DNA of 34,539 nt from a virus. Taxonomy: Duplodnaviria > Caudoviricetes. The notes below the pieces were generated by a model. It did no database searches. It was not told the DNA's origin and worked only from the letters and a program-made list of their open reading frames with translations. Positions 27,415 to 34,011 of this stretch are shown here, in pieces; the stretch's first letter is position 1, and each line of letters begins with the position of its first letter. The translations under genes were made by a program, and so were the position numbers. The DNA is taken from positions 1 to 34,539 of the IMG/VR virus record IMGVR_UViG_3300017774_008538; one strand, given 5' to 3'.

Positions 27415-28734
27415 ATGAGTAATGCAACAAATCTAGCACTTCTCGGATTGAGCGGTTTCGGCATCGCCGAAAACGTATTGACCAGCACAGGCGCAACCAC
27501 TGCTCCAACATTCAGTGCAAGCAGTGTGGGTGTAAAAGAAATCCGTGTGGTAAATCAGGTTCTTAGTCGATTGGGTATCAACAATAGCACAGGAATTGTT
27601 AGTGTGAGTGGATTGCCAGACATTAGCGAACTGGATGTTCCTTCTTGGGTAAATGCAGGTCATATTAGTGATTGGAGCACGTTGCAATACTATCTGAGTG
27701 CAGTTGCTGCAACGAATACAAGTCCTGCTAGTGCGGCGTATGTTGAATATCTTACTGCTGTTCAAGCGTATAACAAAGGAATGGTATTGGCTCCAAATGG
27801 AAAAATGTATACCATACCTCATGGTGCAGGAACCGCCACAACTTACGGATTAATAATAGATCCGTCTAACAATACAATATCATCTTATATTGCAACTGTG
27901 GGTGGTCTTGGATCAGTTAGTTTTGATGCATATTTTAACGGTGTCTTAGCCCCCAACGGAAAAATTTATTTCGTACCTGATAAAGCGACAGTAGGAGCAG
28001 TATTAGATCCTAGCAATAATACAGTGGCAACTTTTGGAACATTACCTCTATTCGGTCCAAGTAGTAATGCATTTGCTTATGGTGTTTGTGCACCTAATGG
28101 AAAAATATATCTTATTCCTCAAAGTTCAACTATAGGGAGAACGATTGATCCAAACACAAACACATTTGGAACTTATCCAAGCAGCAGTTGGTCAGGAGGA
28201 TTAGGATATCATGCAACCGCAACTGTGGCTCCTAATGGAAAAATATATGTTTTTCCTCAAACAAGCACTCTTGTTGTAAAAATTGATCCAAGCAATGATA
28301 CAACAACAGTTATAGCATCAAATATTAACAACATAACAAGTTCAGTTCTTGCACCTAACGGAAAAATATATTTAATCCCCTCCAGTGGTTCTCCCAATAA
28401 TCTTTTAAAATTCGACCCTGATACAGAAACAGTTTCAACTATAGCAGCTACAAATCCAACAGGAGGTTTCGGTTGTCTTCTTCCTAATGGAAAAATATTT
28501 TATGGAGGTGCTTCAAATACTTTAGTTGCCGTATTTGACCCTTCATCAGAAACTATACAAACAATTTGTACAATTACAGGTTCAGCTGCCAATTATGCAA
28601 GTTTTATGCTTTCTCCGAATGGAAAGGTATATGGATTGCCATTTAGTAATAGTAATATTATATGTTTTAGTTTTTTAAACAATAATAATTGGAATATTAA
28701 TGTTGCAACAAATCCAATGTTTAACAAAAATTAA
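27415..28734 (+). CDS. 7-repeat beta-propeller protein, paralogue 3
   Basis: Seven repeats; WSTLQYYLSA; NNNWNINVATNPMFNK; TAAATA 5 nt upstream. Confidence 0.8.
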   Translation: MSNATNLALLGLSGFGIAENVLTSTGATTAPTFSASSVGVKEIRVVNQVLSRLGINNSTGIVSVSGLPDISELDVPSWVNAGHISDWSTLQYYLSAVAATNTSPASAAYVEYLTAVQAYNKGMVLAPNGKMYTIPHGAGTATTYGLIIDPSNNTISSYIATVGGLGSVSFDAYFNGVLAPNGKIYFVPDKATVGAVLDPSNNTVATFGTLPLFGPSSNAFAYGVCAPNGKIYLIPQSSTIGRTIDPNTNTFGTYPSSSWSGGLGYHATATVAPNGKIYVFPQTSTLVVKIDPSNDTTTVIASNINNITSSVLAPNGKIYLIPSSGSPNNLLKFDPDTETVSTIAATNPTGGFGCLLPNGKIFYGGASNTLVAVFDPSSETIQTICTITGSAANYASFMLSPNGKVYGLPFSNSNIICFSFLNNNNWNINVATNPMFNKN

Positions 28735-28737
28735 TAA

Positions 28738-28866
28738 TTATTTTTTTCTTTTCTGACTCCAACAAATTTCATCATAGTTTTTCCAAAATTTTTTGCTGAT
28801 GTTTCTGGGTTTATCCCCTTTGCCATTTTGAATTGTTTTCAACTTTTCGCTTTTTCCCTTACTCAT
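28738..28866 (-). CDS. 42-aa basic microprotein (MSKGKSEKLKTIQNGKGDKPRNISKKFWKNYDEICWSQKRKK)
   Basis: Translated by hand; below the ORF-track cutoff; start overlaps the Zn-ribbon gene stop and it fills the gap exactly. Confidence 0.65.
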   Translation of the reverse strand: MSKGKSEKLKTIQNGKGDKPRNISKKFWKNYDEICWSQKRKK

Positions 28867-29077
28867 AGTCCGACGAGTTTAAAGGTTCTTCCAGTATAGT
28901 CAACATTTGATCTGCCCTTTCACTAATTTTTGTTATATTCCCTTCAAAACGATAGCTGTTGCAACTGATGCAAAATGCCTCATCCCGAGCATTTACCGCA
29001 TCACAAGCTTCACATATTTTATAATAATAGGGATATTTTTTCATATCCTCTATCAAACGTTTTCTTTTTGCATTCAA
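28859..29077 (-). CDS. small zinc-ribbon protein
   Basis: CEAC-x10-CISC; TTG start 6 nt after TAAATA. Confidence 0.7.
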   Translation of the reverse strand: MNAKRKRLIEDMKKYPYYYKICEACDAVNARDEAFCISCNSYRFEGNITKISERADQMLTILEEPLNSSDYE

Positions 29078-29079
29078 TC

Positions 29080-29089
29080 TAAATATTTA
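29080..29089. promoter_or_regulatory. palindromic bidirectional late promoter TAAATATTTA
   Basis: TAAATA on both strands; 5 nt to GTG 29091 (+) and 6 nt to TTG 29077 (-). Confidence 0.7.
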
Positions 29090-29090
29090 C

Positions 29091-29288
29091 GTGGCACGAG
29101 ATGAAAAAATTGAAGCAGTGGTCAAGCATAAAATCACTGCGGATTTTATTTTGCAAGTTTATGATCAATTTAAAAGGGAAAAAAATATTAAAAAGAAAGA
29201 GGAATTGCGAAAAAAATTAGATATTTTATCAAAAAATCTCAATCAGTATCTGGTGATGCCCAAGAATTATGATAAATACTATAGTTGA
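29091..29288 (+). CDS. small hypothetical late protein
   Basis: 65 aa; GTG start after TAAATA. Confidence 0.6.
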   Translation: MARDEKIEAVVKHKITADFILQVYDQFKREKNIKKKEELRKKLDILSKNLNQYLVMPKNYDKYYS

Positions 29289-29542
29289 ACACTCGACCCA
29301 GTACTGATAGCAAACTGCAGCACATCTATGAAGGAGAGGTGCGCAACACAGGACAAATGGGTGCTCCTGATGCTTCTCAACTTGATGCCGCAATCAACAG
29401 AAATAGTGGAGCAGGTTCGCACATATACACCCCCAACGAATACCGAATTGGAGAAAATGAAGAGGGGGAAAAGAGCAAATCGGGCAAAATTCGAGAAGGG
29501 TTGAAAAAGATAAAAGAGATACTAGATAATTTGGATTTATGA
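29285..29542 (+). CDS. small hypothetical late protein
   Basis: TTG start 6 nt after TAAATA 29273-29278; ATGA-coupled to the lysozyme. Confidence 0.65.
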   Translation: MNTRPSTDSKLQHIYEGEVRNTGQMGAPDASQLDAAINRNSGAGSHIYTPNEYRIGENEEGEKSKSGKIREGLKKIKEILDNLDL

Positions 29543-30072
29543 ATGATTTTAAAACAAGTTCAAATAAAAGCAAAGAATTTGAAATTGCAATGAAGTTTGT
29601 GAGAGAGGCCGAGGGGGGATACTATAACCACCCTTCTGATCCGGGCGGAGAAACCATGAATGGAATTACCAAACGAGATTATCCCGTTTTGGATATTAAA
29701 AATCTGACAAGGGAACAGACTGATGAAATATTTTGGCAAGATTACTGGTTGAAAAGTGCAGCTCCTCAAGTTCCTTTTCCTGCCTACATCAGCTATTTTG
29801 ATAGCTGTGTAAACACAGGCAGAACTCAAGCCAACAGGTTTCTTCAGCGTGTGGTGGGCGCAACTGCGGATGGTATTGTGGGTCCATACACCCGCAGTTT
29901 ATTGAGCAAAAAAGATCCCAAAGATGTGGCATTTGGTATAATTGATCAGCGTCAGACTTTTTATGATAATTTGTGTGAAAATCGTCCCAAGTTGGCTGTT
30001 TTTCGAAAAGGTTGGACGAACCGGAACACAAATCTTCGCAATTATATTCAAAATCTCCTCAAAACTGCTTGA
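29539..30072 (+). CDS. glycoside hydrolase family 108 lysozyme/endolysin with C-terminal peptidoglycan-binding region
   Basis: EGGYYNHPSDPGGET..GIT, FD..VN.G, LQR.VG...DG.VGP.T, F.KGW.NR. Confidence 0.9.
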   Translation: MNDFKTSSNKSKEFEIAMKFVREAEGGYYNHPSDPGGETMNGITKRDYPVLDIKNLTREQTDEIFWQDYWLKSAAPQVPFPAYISYFDSCVNTGRTQANRFLQRVVGATADGIVGPYTRSLLSKKDPKDVAFGIIDQRQTFYDNLCENRPKLAVFRKGWTNRNTNLRNYIQNLLKTA

Positions 30073-30095
30073 CGTTTGTTTGTTTGGGATAAATA
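30069..30095 (+). promoter_or_regulatory. promoter TTGACG-N15-TAAATA followed by a roughly 70-nt structured leader
   Basis: Same 15-nt spacing; -10 element equals the late box. Confidence 0.55.
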
Positions 30096-30168
30096 TTAAC
30101 ATAACAAATTCTATTTTGTAGAGAAACAGCTTTACAAATATCCTGATCTGCTACTATCAGATCTCCTC

Positions 30169-30780
30169 ATGAAAACAACTCTATTAGCCACCGCTTTGGT
30201 CGTGGGAGCTGTCACAAGCTTGGGAGTAGAATTGTGCCCTCCTCTTTTGTTGCCTGTCCCCCCCTCTGTTTGCATTCAACCCAATCTCACAAAAGCAGAG
30301 TTTGTATCGTTTCGGTCAGATGTGCGCAAGTTTACCAGAAACTATAGCAGTGGTCTTTGTGCCAAGTTCGCCACTGCTCTTCTCGACAATTTGCACGAAC
30401 GAAACGGAAAGGCATTTCCTCAATTGGATTTGAGAGAAGGCCGACTTGTGCAAAACAGAGAGGGGCGACAAACTTTTCCTGTCACCACTTCGAGTAATGA
30501 AATACTATATGCAAAAAATTACAAAAATGTATTTGAAGGCAAGCGAGATTTTCTTAAAATATCAAAAAAACAAGTTATGCAATTGGCAGAAAACACGATT
30601 GTGATTGCTGTTTATCAGCCTCGTTACACGGGTAGACCTGGTCACATTGAAGTCATATTCAAAACAAACAATTCTTTGAAAGCAGCTTCCGACAAATTGG
30701 CAGAACCTCTGTTTCTTCATGCAAGTGCCTACAAACAGGTGGATTTTTACTATCCTGTTCGGGAGAATGATAAAATATGA
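30169..30780 (+). CDS. putative exported Cys/His (CHAP/NlpC-P60-like) amidase
   Basis: Hydrophobic N-terminal signal-like segment; SGLCAKF...AL and AVYQP......GHIEV catalytic-pair pattern; cell-wall enzyme neighbours. Confidence 0.5.
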   Translation: MKTTLLATALVVGAVTSLGVELCPPLLLPVPPSVCIQPNLTKAEFVSFRSDVRKFTRNYSSGLCAKFATALLDNLHERNGKAFPQLDLREGRLVQNREGRQTFPVTTSSNEILYAKNYKNVFEGKRDFLKISKKQVMQLAENTIVIAVYQPRYTGRPGHIEVIFKTNNSLKAASDKLAEPLFLHASAYKQVDFYYPVRENDKI

Positions 30781-31259
30781 AAAAAATTGCCATCCTGCTC
30801 ATTCTTTCTGGAATATTATATAATATAATTATTGGGGAAAAACCCTCTGTTGCATCTCTAGAGGACAAAGTTTTGTGCTTTACCCTGCAACACGTGCAAT
30901 CCAAGTTTTTGCGAAATCTAGTTGTGGAAAAGAGTGTGAAAGTGCGTCTCACCACCTATTGGGCCAAAGGAGGGGATAGTGACAAATGGAGCAAAAGCAA
31001 GGAAAGTTTCACAGGAGCAACTTTAAAAGAGGGAGTGAGTGTGGCTGTGGATCCGCGCCTCATACCCTTTTTCAAACGTGTATACATTCCCAATTTAGGG
31101 TTGCGAGTGGCACACGATACAGGAACAGCGGTTCGGAATAAAAAAGCAAGTAGGGGCAAGTTGCCTGTGATTGATGTATTTTTTGAAAAAAAGAAAGATG
31201 CGATGGAATTTGCATATAATAGACCTCAAATTGTAACAGTAAACATATATAAATATTAA
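30777..31259 (+). CDS. 3D-domain (MltA-like) protein with N-terminal membrane anchor
   Basis: T.Y, VAVDPRLIP, V.IP..G...AHDTG.A, IDVFF: the three conserved Asp. Confidence 0.85.
   Translation: MKKIAILLILSGILYNIIIGEKPSVASLEDKVLCFTLQHVQSKFLRNLVVEKSVKVRLTTYWAKGGDSDKWSKSKESFTGATLKEGVSVAVDPRLIPFFKRVYIPNLGLRVAHDTGTAVRNKKASRGKLPVIDVFFEKKKDAMEFAYNRPQIVTVNIYKY
31248..31255 (+). promoter_or_regulatory. T4 late promoter TATAAATA
   Basis: Perfect consensus, 5 nt before GTG 31261. Confidence 0.8.
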
Positions 31260-31260
31260 T

Positions 31261-31806
31261 GTGCAGTTTGATCAAAGAGTAGAACAACTGATCCAAGAGG
31301 CTGATCTGCCTCCTCCGAATCGTTTACCCCCTGTTCCTGCCGCTTATACACAGCAAGCAGAGGCATCTTTGCGTTATACGGACATTGTTGCTGCTGCTCT
31401 GATTGGCGAAGCAGGAGGCGAACCTTCAGGAGCAATGCAGAGGGTTATGAATGCGATCATGAACAGGGTAAAAGGAGGAGATCCGTTCCGAGGAGCAGTC
31501 AACGAGGTGCTGAAACCCTACCAATTTAGTTTTTTTAACAAATATAACAAGGGAGAGCAAAAGATGCAGGATATTGTAAAGAAAGCACAACAGCATCCTC
31601 GATGGGGAGAGGCAAAAGAGTTGGCTTTGGTGGGAATGCGGGGAAGGTTGGATGATTTGACAGCAGGTTCCACTCATTATCATGTGACTAGCGGACCGAG
31701 TAAAGTGGCTCCCTATTGGAGCAATCCCAAATTTGGTGGCAAAAATCCCGACGCTCTAGCCACCAATACGTTTGGCCGCCACACGTTTTTTAAGAATATC
31801 AAATGA
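31261..31806 (+). CDS. SleB/CwlJ-like cell-wall hydrolase (Hydrolase_2)
   Basis: LIGEAGGE, V...IMNR, VLKPYQFS, GSTHYH, P.W, GRHTF. Confidence 0.88.
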   Translation: MQFDQRVEQLIQEADLPPPNRLPPVPAAYTQQAEASLRYTDIVAAALIGEAGGEPSGAMQRVMNAIMNRVKGGDPFRGAVNEVLKPYQFSFFNKYNKGEQKMQDIVKKAQQHPRWGEAKELALVGMRGRLDDLTAGSTHYHVTSGPSKVAPYWSNPKFGGKNPDALATNTFGRHTFFKNIK

Positions 31807-32022
31807 TTTGTTTTTGTTTTTCTTTTTCTTTTTTACAGGCAAAGTAAAAACAATCTGAGTGTTACTAGGATTGGCGACATCTCCTTTGAAGCCTGTAACA
31901 GGAGGAGCAGATTTGCCCCAATCTAAATTTTTACCCGAATAGGTTCTGGGAAGTTTGGGTTGAGGAAATATGTTAAAATCTTCCAGAATTTGTGCCACAA
32001 TTGTGGCAAAACTCCTGTTCAT
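31756..32022 (-). CDS. small hypothetical protein with basic tail
   Basis: Start MNRSFATIVAQILE, ATGA-coupled to the tail-fibre stop; 3' end overlaps the SleB-like gene. Confidence 0.55.
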   Translation of the reverse strand: MNRSFATIVAQILEDFNIFPQPKLPRTYSGKNLDWGKSAPPVTGFKGDVANPSNTQIVFTLPVKKKKKNKNKSFDILKKRVAAKRIGG

Positions 32023-33179
32023 GTGGTGGCTTTGATCAGTTTGCGCACAACCGCACAAGGTTGCATCACGTTGTGAGCATCTGCAGTTGCCGATCCGACA
32101 GTTCCTGTTGCAGAACCTGTTCCTTGTGGAGATGTCGCGGCAAAAGTACCATTGGCATTTTGTAAAGTCATTCCCCCCACATACGCAGTACCATCAGGAT
32201 TGATGGAACCAGGTTGGGTGAATTGTGCAGTCACATCAAATTCACATTTGCCTTCAGGTTGCGTAAGAACATGCGCCTCTTCTCCTCCCACACTTCCCAC
32301 TGTGTTGGAAATTGTTGCCGATCCTGTTCCACCCCGACCCACAGTTGTTCTCCTGCGCAAATCAGGCAAGCGGAATGTTCCTGCAGGCTCTCCTCCAGTA
32401 TTCCAAGTGGTTTGCAACACATTGAAAAGATCAGGATAGGTTGTCATGCTCACATATCCTCCGCTACATTCCAAGAATGTGGAAGGTATTGCTGAAGCTT
32501 CTGCTCCTGCCCAATCAATAATTGTGCCAATAGGATTGGTGGTGACCAGACCTGCAAGAAGAACTTGCAAATCCGAAGGAGTAAGATCTTGTACAGTTCC
32601 CCCTGTATTCAATCGACCTTTTATGGTATTGGCTGGAGCAGATGCAAGCATAGCATTGGTCACACTATTGCTGTTGACAACCATGCCTCCCCCCACTTCA
32701 TAAGTGAGACTGGCTCCCAGTCTGGTTTTTAAAACCGTATTGCTTCCTACTCTTTCCAATCCAGAACCGATAGCCAAACTGGACAACTTGGTGGCAAGCA
32801 ATCCGTTGTCGGCAACTCGAACCACATTTCCTACAGATATGAGCGAATTGTTATCGATTGTGAATTGACTGCCAAAAGGAGCAAAAGCACTGGTTCGAGC
32901 AAAATCGGTTCCTGTGAGCATATACGTCAGATTGGTGCTTCGATCAAAAACAAAGTCTCCACTGGCAGGAGCAAGCGTGGAACTTATGTTGGTGGAATTG
33001 CCAGAAAATGTTGCAAATCCCAAATTGTTAGTGGCAACAGGCAATGAAGCAGAACCTGTTCCCATATACAAACGATTGCTATCTGTGCAAAATCCGGGTT
33101 CTCCCTTTTCAAATTGTACATTTAAACGTTCTGCTTCAGTACCTTGACGAAGAATGATCTTTTTGATTTCAGCGGCCAT
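32019..33179 (-). CDS. tail fibre protein with N-terminal Mtd/hyaluronidase-like domain and C-terminal tail-collar domain
   Basis: I.LRQGT........GEPGF.TD..RLY.G; PIGTII.WAG...P..FLEC.G..VS...YPDLF..L.........FRLPDLR; GGEE.H.LT; AHNVMQP. Confidence 0.85.
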   Translation of the reverse strand: MAAEIKKIILRQGTEAERLNVQFEKGEPGFCTDSNRLYMGTGSASLPVATNNLGFATFSGNSTNISSTLAPASGDFVFDRSTNLTYMLTGTDFARTSAFAPFGSQFTIDNNSLISVGNVVRVADNGLLATKLSSLAIGSGLERVGSNTVLKTRLGASLTYEVGGGMVVNSNSVTNAMLASAPANTIKGRLNTGGTVQDLTPSDLQVLLAGLVTTNPIGTIIDWAGAEASAIPSTFLECSGGYVSMTTYPDLFNVLQTTWNTGGEPAGTFRLPDLRRRTTVGRGGTGSATISNTVGSVGGEEAHVLTQPEGKCEFDVTAQFTQPGSINPDGTAYVGGMTLQNANGTFAATSPQGTGSATGTVGSATADAHNVMQPCAVVRKLIKATT

Positions 33180-33185
33180 TAGTAT

Positions 33186-33240
33186 TATTTATTATATATT
33201 ATGTTTTATCCAATTATTTTAAAAATATTATAGATAAATA
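33186..33240. promoter_or_regulatory. divergent late promoter pair (TAAATA - strand 33191-33186; TAAATA + strand 33235-33240)
   Basis: Each box lies 6 nt before its ATG (33179 and 33247); very AT-rich spacer. Confidence 0.7.
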
Positions 33241-33246
33241 ACTTAT

Positions 33247-33480
33247 ATGGCAAAAAAGGCATATTCAGTGGTTGTGGATGGTTTAAACAGCTTGCGGGTA
33301 TTTGATGTAAACACAGGTTCCACAGTACGCTCAATAAAAATGCAGGAAACCATCAATTCGGGAGTGGTTGTGGTGGGAGATCGTGTGACTGTTATTGTAC
33401 AAAATTCCAGTGGCAAACGCCGAGGCATCATTATGAAACTTCCTAGCCTATCTCAAGTTTTTTCATTTTCAGTAGCTTGA
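33247..33480 (+). CDS. small beta-rich hypothetical late protein
   Basis: 77 aa after TAAATA. Confidence 0.7.
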   Translation: MAKKAYSVVVDGLNSLRVFDVNTGSTVRSIKMQETINSGVVVVGDRVTVIVQNSSGKRRGIIMKLPSLSQVFSFSVA

Positions 33481-33504
33481 TATTTGTGATGTGTACTTTA
33501 CGAT
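33477..33504 (+). promoter_or_regulatory. sigma70-like promoter TTGATA-N16-TACGAT
   Basis: 6 nt before ATG 33511. Confidence 0.55.
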
Positions 33505-33510
33505 ACACAT

Positions 33511-34011
33511 ATGACATTAACTTTTAATGATACGGAAAAATCTGCTGATTTGGAAAAGTTCGAAAAAATAACATATCCCACATTTTTCTTCGGATTCAAT
33601 ATAAGAAATCTTTACGATCAGAAAAGATTAAAAATCAAAGAGGAATTTAATCCCAAATATATTGTACATAAATATGGTTCTCGCTTGGAAGATATGCTGT
33701 TTTTATATGGAATCACCAGCCCTGTAAGCAACGAAGTGATGCCCTATGTTTTGCCTCTTCAAGCCAATCCCAACGTTAATCAGGAACAATACGAAGCAGT
33801 TCTGGCTCCTATGGAAGTGGAATGTAGCGATTGTTATCTGTTTTTATCTAAAAATGTGTATCCCATCAACACATTTTATTCGCATTTGTTTTTTAAAAAT
33901 AAACCTTTCAAAGATTTAACCAGTTATAATCAAATGCTGGAAAGAGATTCGCAATTGCCCATGCATCATACGATTGCTCCTTTCCATATGTTTCTTTTGA
34001 CCGACTATTAA
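33511..34011 (+). CDS. hypothetical protein
   Basis: 166-aa ORF with its own promoter. Confidence 0.7.
   Translation: MTLTFNDTEKSADLEKFEKITYPTFFFGFNIRNLYDQKRLKIKEEFNPKYIVHKYGSRLEDMLFLYGITSPVSNEVMPYVLPLQANPNVNQEQYEAVLAPMEVECSDCYLFLSKNVYPINTFYSHLFFKNKPFKDLTSYNQMLERDSQLPMHHTIAPFHMFLLTDY

Noticed and set aside
24600-28630. Recurrent CC(T/A/C)AA(T/C)GGAAAAATATAT repeats resembling a CRISPR array
   Set aside because: They encode the PNGKIY protein repeat, vary at third codon positions, lie in open frames, and no cas genes are present
24234-28734. Diversity-generating retroelement or invertible shufflon acting on the propeller genes
   Set aside because: No reverse transcriptase or recombinase in the window, no template/variable repeat pair differing at adenines, and all copies are in the same orientation with their own starts
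33180-33246. Very AT-rich gap as a replication origin
   Set aside because: Adequately explained by two divergent TAAATA promoters; no iterons seen
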